The notes below the pieces were generated by a model that saw only the letters and a program-made list of their open reading frames with translations, searched no databases and had not been told where the DNA came from. Shown piece after piece: positions 1 through 7,184 of a DNA stretch of 38,385 nt. The translations under genes were made by a program, and so were the position numbers. Within the stretch, counting starts at the first letter, position 1; each line of letters opens with the position of its first letter. Origin of the DNA: a virus; the IMG/VR virus record IMGVR_UViG_3300021476_000010, positions 1 to 38,385 of that record; one strand, given 5' to 3'.

Positions 1-127
1 CAATGTTGTAACAATTCTAAATGTCAGAAAGAACCAAATCTAGAGGCACTTCAATTCCTTGCTGAGTGGAGACTTTGGAAACCTGAAAATTTTAGGGAGT
101 AAAATTAATAGGGATGGTGCAATTATG
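1..127. repeat. Terminal overlap, identical to 38259-38385 (circular closure or terminal redundancy)
   Basis: Read directly: caatgttgtaacaattctaaatgtcag...gggatggtgcaattatg occurs at both contig ends. Coding frames continue across the junction. Confidence 0.95.
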
Positions 128-304
128 AAAAGAGAATGTTTAGTTCGAGGTAATAAAGTTTTCTTTTATGGAGATATGGCTATTAAAGTAGCAAAAGCTA
201 TTAGTTTATCTGGTAAGACAGATGAACAGTGGCTTAGTGATGCAATAGATAATTATTTACAATCAAAGGAGTTTAAAAGTGCCCTCAAGTGTAGCAAAAG
301 GTAA
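125..304 (+). CDS. Small protein, possible ribbon-helix-helix DNA-binding fold (59 aa)
   Basis: Internal ATG of track ORF 59-304. The upstream part of that ORF is the 3' end of the previous gene in the circular map. The beta-alpha-alpha pattern VFFYGDMAIKVAKAISLSGKTDEQWLSDAIDNYL resembles CopG/Arc. Confidence 0.45.
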   Translation: MKRECLVRGNKVFFYGDMAIKVAKAISLSGKTDEQWLSDAIDNYLQSKEFKSALKCSKR

Positions 305-665
305 TCAATACGAAATAGAAGTAAAAAAGTTTCTAGAATCCCAAGGTTGGGAAGTGTTTAGGCAGCATCGTAAACCATTATGGATTAAAGGACAGATGGT
401 TACAGTTGGTGCTGATATTTTTGGCTGTGATTTAGTAGCTAAAAGAGATAATCAAAAAACTCGCTGGATTCAAGTATCAACTGTTAAAAATTTTAAATCT
501 AAAGAAGAGCAGGTTAAGAATCATGTGATTAATCAAATGTGGGAAGATTATGAATTTTGGTTAAGAGTTAAAGGTAAAAAAGAATACAAAGTATATAGAA
601 TGATTGGAGAAATATTTCAACAAATAGAAACCATAAGAATAAGGAAGGTAAACAATGCAATTTAA
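279..665 (+). CDS. PD-(D/E)xK-fold nuclease candidate (Hjc/RecU-like resolvase-type)
   Basis: GTG start 7 nt after AAGGAG. KGNQYEIEVKKFLESQGWEVFR ... GCDLVAKRD ... WIQVST resembles the archaeal-type resolvase layout, but the E-x-K motif is atypical (QVS). Confidence 0.45.
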   Translation: MPSSVAKGNQYEIEVKKFLESQGWEVFRQHRKPLWIKGQMVTVGADIFGCDLVAKRDNQKTRWIQVSTVKNFKSKEEQVKNHVINQMWEDYEFWLRVKGKKEYKVYRMIGEIFQQIETIRIRKVNNAI

Positions 666-1368
666 ACCATTAGTTATTTTTGGATGTGTCCATATTGGAC
701 ATGAAGATGCTGATTTAAAATTGGCGAAAAAATATGTAGAATGGGTTAAAGAGCATAATGCCTATGCACTTCTTTTAGCGGATAATCATGAATGTGCATT
801 GCCACATAAAGGCCATATGATGTTTACTCAAAATATGAAACCACAGGAACAGTATGAATATGGCATTGAATTATTTTCTCCAATTGCTAAAAATATTGTG
901 GGTGCTTGTACGGGCAATCATGCTTTACGAGCTAAAAAAGTTGCTGGAATTGATTTAGATAAATGTATGTCTGATAAATTAGGCTATTCTAATAGATATT
1001 ATCCTCATCAAGGGTTTATAACTCTTAAAGTTGGATCACAAAGATATAATATTGCATTCAAACATGGCACTGGTGTTGGTTCTAATATATTCGGTAATAC
1101 AGTAGCTTTACTTCGTTCTTATCCATCTGCTGATATTGTTTGTGCATCACATAGTCATCAATTATCCCATACTATTACCGGTTATTGGGACGTTATTAAT
1201 TCTAGTCGAGTTATCCATACTGTTCACCATATTGTTACTGGTTCTATGCTAAATTATCCTGACTATGCAGATGAAGCAGGATATACACCACAGCCTAAAG
1301 GATTTGCTATTCTTTGGCTGCATTCTTATAATAAAAAAGATACTTATGTCGATATCTCTGGATTATGA
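655..1368 (+). CDS. Calcineurin-like metallophosphoesterase
   Basis: Motifs GCVHIGH, LLLADNHE, TGNHALRA, FKHGTG and ASHSHQ appear in canonical order. AAGGAAGG RBS. The start overlaps the upstream gene by 11 nt. Confidence 0.6.
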   Translation: MQFKPLVIFGCVHIGHEDADLKLAKKYVEWVKEHNAYALLLADNHECALPHKGHMMFTQNMKPQEQYEYGIELFSPIAKNIVGACTGNHALRAKKVAGIDLDKCMSDKLGYSNRYYPHQGFITLKVGSQRYNIAFKHGTGVGSNIFGNTVALLRSYPSADIVCASHSHQLSHTITGYWDVINSSRVIHTVHHIVTGSMLNYPDYADEAGYTPQPKGFAILWLHSYNKKDTYVDISGL

Positions 1369-1418
1369 ATTATACTGTAAGATAGAAAAAAATACTTTTA
1401 TTTATCAGGAGAAGAATA

Positions 1419-2186
1419 ATGAATCGGCGGTTAATGAAAATAATTGGGATGAAGAAATATAATCAAACAGTGATAAAATTTATAGCAGTTATTTTAAGTT
1501 TCAGTTTTAGCACTGGACTAACTCTTACGTATCTTAAACAGCAAACTAAAGATCGGTATATAGAGGTATCTAAAAAAGTTCTGCCTACCGTCGTAGATAT
1601 TCAATGTACTATTAGTCGGATAGAACCCGGCGCAATTAATAGAAAACAGTTCGGTAGAATTGAAGGAGCAGGAGTTTTTATCACAGCTAGCGGCCATATT
1701 CTTACTTGTGCTCATTTATTTACTTTTCCATATAAATTAGAATCTATATCTGTAAATACATATGATGGTTGGATATTTCCGGCTATTCTTTTATATAAAG
1801 AAGACTTTAGAGATTTAGCTCTAATAAAAATAGAAGCTGATTCATGTAAATTTGCTAAATTGGCAAATCCTAATTCTATTCAAATAGGTCAAGAAGTATT
1901 AGCAGTAGGTTCACCGTTTGGAATGGAATCTAGTGTTACTACAGGTGTAATTAGTGCTTTACCTTATAGTAACTTTATGTGTAATATGATACAAATAAGT
2001 GCGCCTATTAATCCTGGTAATTCAGGAGGGCCATTATTTAATTTGTATGGAGAAATTATTGGAATTAATTCATGTATAATGTCAACTAATCCATTTTTTC
2101 CTTCATGGTCTGGTGTAGGTTTTTCGGTATCAGGGGACGAAATTAAAAAGTTTCTTTCTATTTTTAGAGGATTAGATAGTCTATGA
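1419..2186 (+). CDS. Trypsin-like (S1/HtrA-type) serine protease with N-terminal membrane anchor, no PDZ domain
   Basis: Catalytic triad contexts: GHILTCAHL (His), RDLALIKI (Asp), NPGNSGGPLFN (Ser). Hydrophobic segment VIKFIAVILSFSFSTGLTL near the N-terminus. AGGAG RBS. Confidence 0.85.
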   Translation: MNRRLMKIIGMKKYNQTVIKFIAVILSFSFSTGLTLTYLKQQTKDRYIEVSKKVLPTVVDIQCTISRIEPGAINRKQFGRIEGAGVFITASGHILTCAHLFTFPYKLESISVNTYDGWIFPAILLYKEDFRDLALIKIEADSCKFAKLANPNSIQIGQEVLAVGSPFGMESSVTTGVISALPYSNFMCNMIQISAPINPGNSGGPLFNLYGEIIGINSCIMSTNPFFPSWSGVGFSVSGDEIKKFLSIFRGLDSL

Positions 2187-2413
2187 GAGGATTAAAAGCA
2201 AAGCTGATTAGAAAAATATTAGGCTATAAAAAAGATTTAGATATGATATACCAGAAATACTTATATCCTGTTAATATATCTATTGCTGGTGGAATGATGA
2301 ATATTAATCATGTAACTTATATTTGTGATGATAAAAGGAGATTATATCGTGTGGCTAAAAAGATATATCGACAATTTGGCATACTTCCTAAACCTCAAAA
2401 AACATCAAGCTAA
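2183..2413 (+). CDS. Hypothetical basic protein (76 aa)
   Basis: ATGA start/stop overlap with the protease gene. No recognisable motif. Confidence 0.5.
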   Translation: MRGLKAKLIRKILGYKKDLDMIYQKYLYPVNISIAGGMMNINHVTYICDDKRRLYRVAKKIYRQFGILPKPQKTSS

Positions 2414-2429
2414 AGGATTAGTTTTTCAG

Positions 2430-2681
2430 ATGACACCGGTTGTAGCCGAAGAATTTTGGATTAGAGTAATAAATTCTAATGCTGATACTGAGTCTGAACG
2501 ACGACAAATACTTTTTCAAATGGTTAAAGAAGGTAAAATATTATCCGTATCAGAAACTTCTCGGACTAAAGAACAATATATTAAAGATATGTCTAAAGAA
2601 TTTAAAGTTTTAGACCTTACTAGAAAACAAGAAGATGATATGTGGGAAGTTAAAGATATAAAGGATATACAAGAGCATTAA
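2430..2681 (+). CDS. Hypothetical protein (83 aa)
   Basis: First ATG after the upstream stop, within track ORF 2325-2681. Confidence 0.5.
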   Translation: MTPVVAEEFWIRVINSNADTESERRQILFQMVKEGKILSVSETSRTKEQYIKDMSKEFKVLDLTRKQEDDMWEVKDIKDIQEH

Positions 2682-2683
2682 AT

Positions 2684-3061
2684 ATGGAAATAAAAAATTG
2701 GAGAATGGTACCAATCTTGGTAGCTGGATATGATATCCGAAGGTGGGAAAACCCACATGTCTCTGCAATTTATGTGCCCGAATATTTTAAAAAATTATTA
2801 TTTTTAATTAAATATTATATTAAAAATTGTCAGCCCTTCGGGCCTACACATTTGCAGTATCATTCTCCTTTTGGATTTTTAATTACTTGGCCTCTTTGTT
2901 TTCATTTTTGGTATCAATTTAAAGAACAACAAGTAAACTCAGATGGATTAAAAATTCCGGGAAGTGAAAAAGTACTTTATTTTAGGGCTGGCGCTAGATG
3001 GGATGTTGGAAGTAATTGTTATCAATTTCCTAGTTTCTACGCAGGACTTTTATGGGATTAA
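2684..3061 (+). CDS. Hypothetical aromatic-rich protein (125 aa)
   Basis: Long ORF tightly packed with its neighbours. No motif recognised. Confidence 0.55.
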   Translation: MEIKNWRMVPILVAGYDIRRWENPHVSAIYVPEYFKKLLFLIKYYIKNCQPFGPTHLQYHSPFGFLITWPLCFHFWYQFKEQQVNSDGLKIPGSEKVLYFRAGARWDVGSNCYQFPSFYAGLLWD

Positions 3062-3063
3062 TT

Positions 3064-3228
3064 ATGAAGCGGTTTAAAAAGTTTTCTTGCTGGATAGGTT
3101 GGCATAGTTGGTTTGGCTATGAAGAAATTCATCACAGCAATTTAGACCTGCTACAATTTTTGACATTTGCTAGGTGTCGATGGTGTAAGTATGCAGGTCA
3201 AATAGATTCTCAAGGAAATTTATTTTAA
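3064..3228 (+). CDS. Mini protein (54 aa), Trp/Cys-rich
   Basis: Not in the ORF track. ATG lies 3 nt after the upstream stop. MKRFKKFSCWIGWHSW...CRWCKYAGQ. Confidence 0.45.
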   Translation: MKRFKKFSCWIGWHSWFGYEEIHHSNLDLLQFLTFARCRWCKYAGQIDSQGNLF

Positions 3229-3232
3229 AAAT

Positions 3233-3400
3233 ATGACTAAAATAACTTTAATTCAAGGATATAAAGTTCATTTTAGGAATGAATTTTTTTGGTCAAAAAG
3301 TATGTGCGGTGGAAATTCTGGTTATTGGTTTAATATTACAATTAATTGGAAAAAGGTCACTTGTAAAAAATGTCAAAAATATAAAGAGAATAATTTCTAA
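3233..3400 (+). CDS. Mini protein (55 aa) with C-terminal CxxC
   Basis: Not in the ORF track. MTKITLIQGYKVHF...VTCKKCQKYKENNF. Its stop overlaps the next ATG (TAATG). Confidence 0.45.
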   Translation: MTKITLIQGYKVHFRNEFFWSKSMCGGNSGYWFNITINWKKVTCKKCQKYKENNF

Positions 3401-3624
3401 TGTTTTCTAATATATTAAATCTCTTAAATTTTTTAGTAGAATGTGCTATACTTTATGTATTAGTCAGAGAGTATCGTTATGACGAACAAAAAGATTTAGA
3501 AAAAAAACAACGTCGAACTAAGACTACAAAGAAAACTACTACTCATAAAGACGGTACTAATATTACAGAAGAATCAACTGAAGCTATAGAACCAATTTCA
3601 TCACTAGAAAAGGAATCTAAATGA
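3400..3624 (+). CDS. Small membrane-anchored protein with charged tail (74 aa)
   Basis: N-terminal hydrophobic helix NILNLLNFLVECAILYVLV followed by a K/T/E-rich tail. Confidence 0.5.
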   Translation: MFSNILNLLNFLVECAILYVLVREYRYDEQKDLEKKQRRTKTTKKTTTHKDGTNITEESTEAIEPISSLEKESK

Positions 3625-3737
3625 ACTGTGTGTGGTGTGGAAAGTACATATCTAGTATAGATATTACATTTTTAGGTGTATTATGTCCAGAATGTCAAGA
3701 AAGGGCGAAGGAAGAAGATGCAAAAAATCCATATTAA
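3621..3737 (+). CDS. Mini zinc-ribbon protein (38 aa)
   Basis: Not in the ORF track. ATGA overlap with the upstream gene. MNCVWCGKY...[14 protein letters not shown] (CxxC ... CxxC). Confidence 0.45.
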   Translation: MNCVWCGKYISSIDITFLGVLCPECQERAKEEDAKNPY

Positions 3738-3990
3738 AATTAATAAAGATGAACTATATCTTTTTCTTGTCTCTGCTGTTCGTTATGCTTTAGGATGTAG
3801 AACTTATATTGTTAGTTGGACTTGTAAAATAGTAAGAAAATATAAAAGTTATTTAACAGACTCTGAATTACAAGTATTAATTCGTAATATTAAAGAGCAA
3901 GAAAAATGGGGATATGGAATGGATTGTGATAGACAAGACTGGATAAAATTAGTAAATGATTTAGAAATGTTTATTAAAGAAAAAGTTTGA
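3718..3990 (+). CDS. Hypothetical protein (90 aa)
   Basis: Internal ATG of track ORF 3676-3990, preceded by the purine-rich stretch gaaggaagaag. Confidence 0.5.
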   Translation: MQKIHIKINKDELYLFLVSAVRYALGCRTYIVSWTCKIVRKYKSYLTDSELQVLIRNIKEQEKWGYGMDCDRQDWIKLVNDLEMFIKEKV

Positions 3991-4003
3991 TAAGGAGATA
4001 ATT

Positions 4004-4171
4004 ATGCCACTTAAAAAAGGATACTCAAAAGAAGCAATTAGTGAAAATATTAGACGGGAAGTAAAATCAGGGAAAGATGTTAAACAAGCTGCTGCTATTG
4101 CTTATAGTGTGGCTAGGAAGGCTAAGAAGGCTCGTGGAATGCGTACTGATATAGGAAGTACACGTGGTTAA
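4004..4171 (+). CDS. Small basic protein (55 aa)
   Basis: Not in the ORF track. Strong [64 protein letters not shown] resembles a widespread small conserved phage/bacterial family of unknown function (recalled from memory). Confidence 0.6.
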   Translation: MPLKKGYSKEAISENIRREVKSGKDVKQAAAIAYSVARKAKKARGMRTDIGSTRG

Positions 4172-4430
4172 TAAAACTCGACAAATACATAAAAATTCTG
4201 CTCAAATTCATTCACCTTTGTATCGTCTTGGTACGTCAAATACTTCAGGATCAGGTGAATTGACTAGCTTATGGATTAAATCTATTCGCGCAGACGGTAG
4301 GGTAGAGTTTCTGTGTCGGCATGGTGTAGGGCATGGAAATCATATACATGGGTGTGATGGATGTTGTTTTAAAAAATCATACCCATTGCGGTATAAGTCA
4401 AAGAAAAAGATCGAACAAACGAACCATTGA
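4164..4430 (+). CDS. Hypothetical His/Cys-cluster protein
   Basis: Last ORF of the plus arm. The only start is GTG or another non-ATG codon, so the start is uncertain. Dense metal-ligand cluster [18 protein letters not shown]. Confidence 0.4.
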   Translation: MVNKTRQIHKNSAQIHSPLYRLGTSNTSGSGELTSLWIKSIRADGRVEFLCRHGVGHGNHIHGCDGCCFKKSYPLRYKSKKKIEQTNH

Positions 4431-4448
4431 GCGAAAAGATTTATTAGG

Positions 4449-4470
4449 ATTATACCTAAATAGGTATAAT
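4449..4470. terminator. Hairpin at the convergence point of the two arms (possible bidirectional terminator)
   Basis: attatacct-aaat-aggtataat forms a perfect 9-bp stem with a 4-nt loop. It lies between the plus-arm stop (4430) and the minus-arm stop (4519). The stem is AT-rich and has no clean U-tract. Confidence 0.35.
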
Positions 4471-4518
4471 TATTGCTCGTCGGGAATGTAAGAAAATCAT
4501 ACACATATTTCTGGCAGG

Positions 4519-5808
4519 CTATAACCAACCCCATTCTTTTAATCTCTGATAATCATGTGACCATCGATCACCGATATCAGTACGATACCAAAGATTTGGG
4601 GTTGTTATATTTGAGAGAATTGTATAGGCTTGATGTTTAGCTTCATTCATGGTATTGCCGGTAGCTGTAACAACAAATGGTATGCCTTCTAATCCTGTAA
4701 TGTACCACTTTTCATCTTTTGTGTACACATCTACAGGATGTATACCTTCTGCATGAGCAGACCTGGCAATAGATTTGGGGTCTTTAATAATTATTAAATT
4801 ATCTTTACTCATTCTTTCAAAGACTTCTTTTGATTCAAATGGAAATGGTGGCACAACTCCATTAACTCCGATGACAAATTTATAGCGTACGTCTGATTTT
4901 GGATCATTACCTAAAGCCATAGCCATTAATCGTTTACCATAATCACTAGCGATTACAGACATTTGTAGTGTAACGGCAGGAAATCCAAAACGACAAGTTG
5001 GCTCTAAAGGATACATTCCATCTTTAGTCCATATAAAATTAATATCAAACATTCCATGATAACCTTGTAGTTTTGGTATCATCTTAGCAATAGTTTGTTT
5101 ATAGAGTGGGTGTTCTTTAGTTACAAAGAACATGCCGGTTCCCATTTCTCCGGTATTTGGCCCCAAATCTCCTGTGGCAAATTTCTTATGCTCAAAATTA
5201 ATTTCAATAGGCTCTATAAAATCTTTACCATTAAATGCTCCGCCTATTCCCATCTCAACACCGTCAATAACTTCTTGAACTTCAAATCCTTCTATCTGAT
5301 TTGATAGTTTTTCTTCATAATGATTTAAGACAGCTAGTAAGTCTGAAGCATCGTTTTCTTTTCCTACATAAGTAGTAGATTTATCATCAGATGCTTTACC
5401 ATTTAATTTAATTACATATCTGGTAGGGGTTTTCATAATAAATTGTCGAGCTTCATTAAATGTTTTAAACTTATGAGAAGGAATATGTAAAAATCCAACT
5501 GAGTTCATTTCTTTTTGACCAAAGTCTCTATCATTTTCAAGTTTATCGGTATATTCTGTGCCACCAATAACTGGATACCCATGTTTTCGTAGTAGTTCAG
5601 CTTCTTTAGCATTATGAGTATCATCAAATACTATAAGATCACACCAATCAAGATGACCGGGCCATTCTTCAATTCGTTCTACAAATCCTTTACCCACATC
5701 TTCAGAATTTGAATCTTTAATAAATAATTTTACTTTATGACCATCTTGCGCTAATCTAAATGCTACTGCTGAATGTTCACCATAAGCTGATATCATTAAA
5801 ATATTCAT
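4519..5808 (-). CDS. PurD-like ATP-grasp ligase (phosphoribosylamine-glycine ligase homologue, divergent)
   Basis: 429 aa with full-length colinearity to PurD: YGEHSAVAFRL, KLENDRDFGQKEM, FEHKKFATGDLGPNTGEMG, EPTCRFGFPA, VVTATGNTMNEAKHQAY. No SD upstream (acaaaatataattttATG). Confidence 0.8.
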   Translation of the reverse strand: MNILMISAYGEHSAVAFRLAQDGHKVKLFIKDSNSEDVGKGFVERIEEWPGHLDWCDLIVFDDTHNAKEAELLRKHGYPVIGGTEYTDKLENDRDFGQKEMNSVGFLHIPSHKFKTFNEARQFIMKTPTRYVIKLNGKASDDKSTTYVGKENDASDLLAVLNHYEEKLSNQIEGFEVQEVIDGVEMGIGGAFNGKDFIEPIEINFEHKKFATGDLGPNTGEMGTGMFFVTKEHPLYKQTIAKMIPKLQGYHGMFDINFIWTKDGMYPLEPTCRFGFPAVTLQMSVIASDYGKRLMAMALGNDPKSDVRYKFVIGVNGVVPPFPFESKEVFERMSKDNLIIIKDPKSIARSAHAEGIHPVDVYTKDEKWYITGLEGIPFVVTATGNTMNEAKHQAYTILSNITTPNLWYRTDIGDRWSHDYQRLKEWGWL

Positions 5809-5866
5809 AAAATTATATTTTGTATGCAGAAAGTGACTTAAAAAGATACCTTTTATATATTAATTA

Positions 5867-6070
5867 TTATCTTCCACAACGTCCACAACCACATTTAAGT
5901 TCTTTTTGTTTATCTGTCGTTGCCGAAGGTTTATCATTATAAGGAATAAAATGAAAAGTAGCTTTACATTCAAAACAATAAACTGATTGATAGTTACTAT
6001 AATTTCTCGTTCCTAATATTACTTTACATACTGGACATGCTAAAGGTTCTTTTGAGTAGACCTGATGCAC
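5867..6070 (-). CDS. Cys-rich zinc-ribbon-like small protein (67 aa)
   Basis: GTG start with a weak RBS. CPVC...CFEC plus a C-terminal KCGCGRCGR. Confidence 0.45.
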   Translation of the reverse strand: MHQVYSKEPLACPVCKVILGTRNYSNYQSVYCFECKATFHFIPYNDKPSATTDKQKELKCGCGRCGR

Positions 6071-6123
6071 AATTTATGCCCATATATTTATTGTAGCAAT
6101 TATTCTTTAATGGCGAATTATTG

Positions 6124-6291
6124 TTATTTTATATGTATAAGTGATGTAAATAAATGCTTCAATGTTTCCATAGCTGCTGTAATACTGGAAGCTGCAATAA
6201 CATATATAAACTTTTTCATCCAACCAACATCAGTTCGTAATTCAGCAACATGTTCGACTAGGGTATTAATAATTGTAGTATTACGAGCCAT
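6124..6291 (-). CDS. Small single-pass membrane protein (55 aa)
   Basis: ATG is preceded by GGAGGAcaataat. Hydrophobic helix FIYVIAASSITAAM. The track ORF starts 15 nt upstream. Confidence 0.5.
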   Translation of the reverse strand: MARNTTIINTLVEHVAELRTDVGWMKKFIYVIAASSITAAMETLKHLFTSLIHIK

Positions 6292-6292
6292 A

Positions 6293-7183
6293 TTATTGTC
6301 CTCCAATTAATCGTCTAATACCAGTAAAACCAAGCGCCCCTGCTGCACCAGCACCAGCTAATTTAGCCCCTTTCTTTGCAACTTTAGTTAGAGCATCTAA
6401 TAATGCTTCTTTTTGATAAGCAGATGCCGTCGTAGCTCTTACGGTCGCATATCCAGGTACACTCTTTTCAAGAGCTTGTTCAAATGTTTGTTTAGCATTT
6501 ACTAAAAACTTTTCGGCTTCAGGGCCTACTTTCGCACCACTATTAAGTAATACTTGTATTTGTTTACGTAATCCTTGAAGACCTTCAGGTTCAATATTTT
6601 TAGCAAGTTCATTAACTCCTTTACCTGCTATTTGTTTCATGGAATTAGCAAAGTCGTTAATTTGATTAGTTGTTTTAGGTAATTTAGTAGGTAATTCTTC
6701 CATTAAGATACCCTTAGATGCTTCAAAAGCCCCTTGGGCAGCTTTAGCAGCCTCTACAGAGGGGCTAGAAAGCGTTTTAAGGGCCGATAACATCTTACCC
6801 CCTATCTTACCGCCCCCATAAGTCAATGCGGCTGTTTTAGCCCCTTCTAAACCAATATCTTCCGCAGCTTCGGTAGACGTAGCCGGTGTTTTCTCACCTA
6901 AAGCACGTAAAGCTAACTGTTTAGCCGCTTCTCCACCTGCTGCTCCTACACCTGCTAATCCTGCTGTTGCAGGTAATGAAATTCCACCGCTACTTATTGC
7001 TGCAATTGTAGGAACTGCTACTCCACCAGCTAATGGTAGTTGTTCTGCCCCTACTCTTGCTATTTTATGTAGCGTAGACTCTTTTTTAGGTTTTAATTCA
7101 GGATTTTTTTCTAAAAAATTAGAAATTTCATCATCTGAATAGCCCAATGATCTAGCTTTTTCTATATCCAGTACTTTTGCCAT
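6293..7183 (-). CDS. Ala/Gly-rich virion protein (internal/ejection protein candidate)
   Basis: Position downstream of the tail genes. Gly/Ala-rich hydrophobic stretches (GVAVPTIAAISSGGISLPATAGLAGVGAAGG and a C-terminal GAGAAGALGF). Confidence 0.45.
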   Translation of the reverse strand: MAKVLDIEKARSLGYSDDEISNFLEKNPELKPKKESTLHKIARVGAEQLPLAGGVAVPTIAAISSGGISLPATAGLAGVGAAGGEAAKQLALRALGEKTPATSTEAAEDIGLEGAKTAALTYGGGKIGGKMLSALKTLSSPSVEAAKAAQGAFEASKGILMEELPTKLPKTTNQINDFANSMKQIAGKGVNELAKNIEPEGLQGLRKQIQVLLNSGAKVGPEAEKFLVNAKQTFEQALEKSVPGYATVRATTASAYQKEALLDALTKVAKKGAKLAGAGAAGALGFTGIRRLIGGQ

Positions 7184-7184
7184 A

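Noticed and set aside
1-127. Calling the end duplication a physical direct terminal repeat
   Set aside because: An assembler closure overlap cannot be distinguished from a true DTR using sequence alone. An exact overlap that cuts through a gene favours the assembly-closure explanation.
4340-4534. 64-aa minus-strand ORF spanning the convergent gap
   Set aside because: It overlaps the end of the plus-arm ORF and the stop of the PurD-like gene. It also runs through the hairpin, has a hydrophobic low-complexity translation and lacks an RBS.
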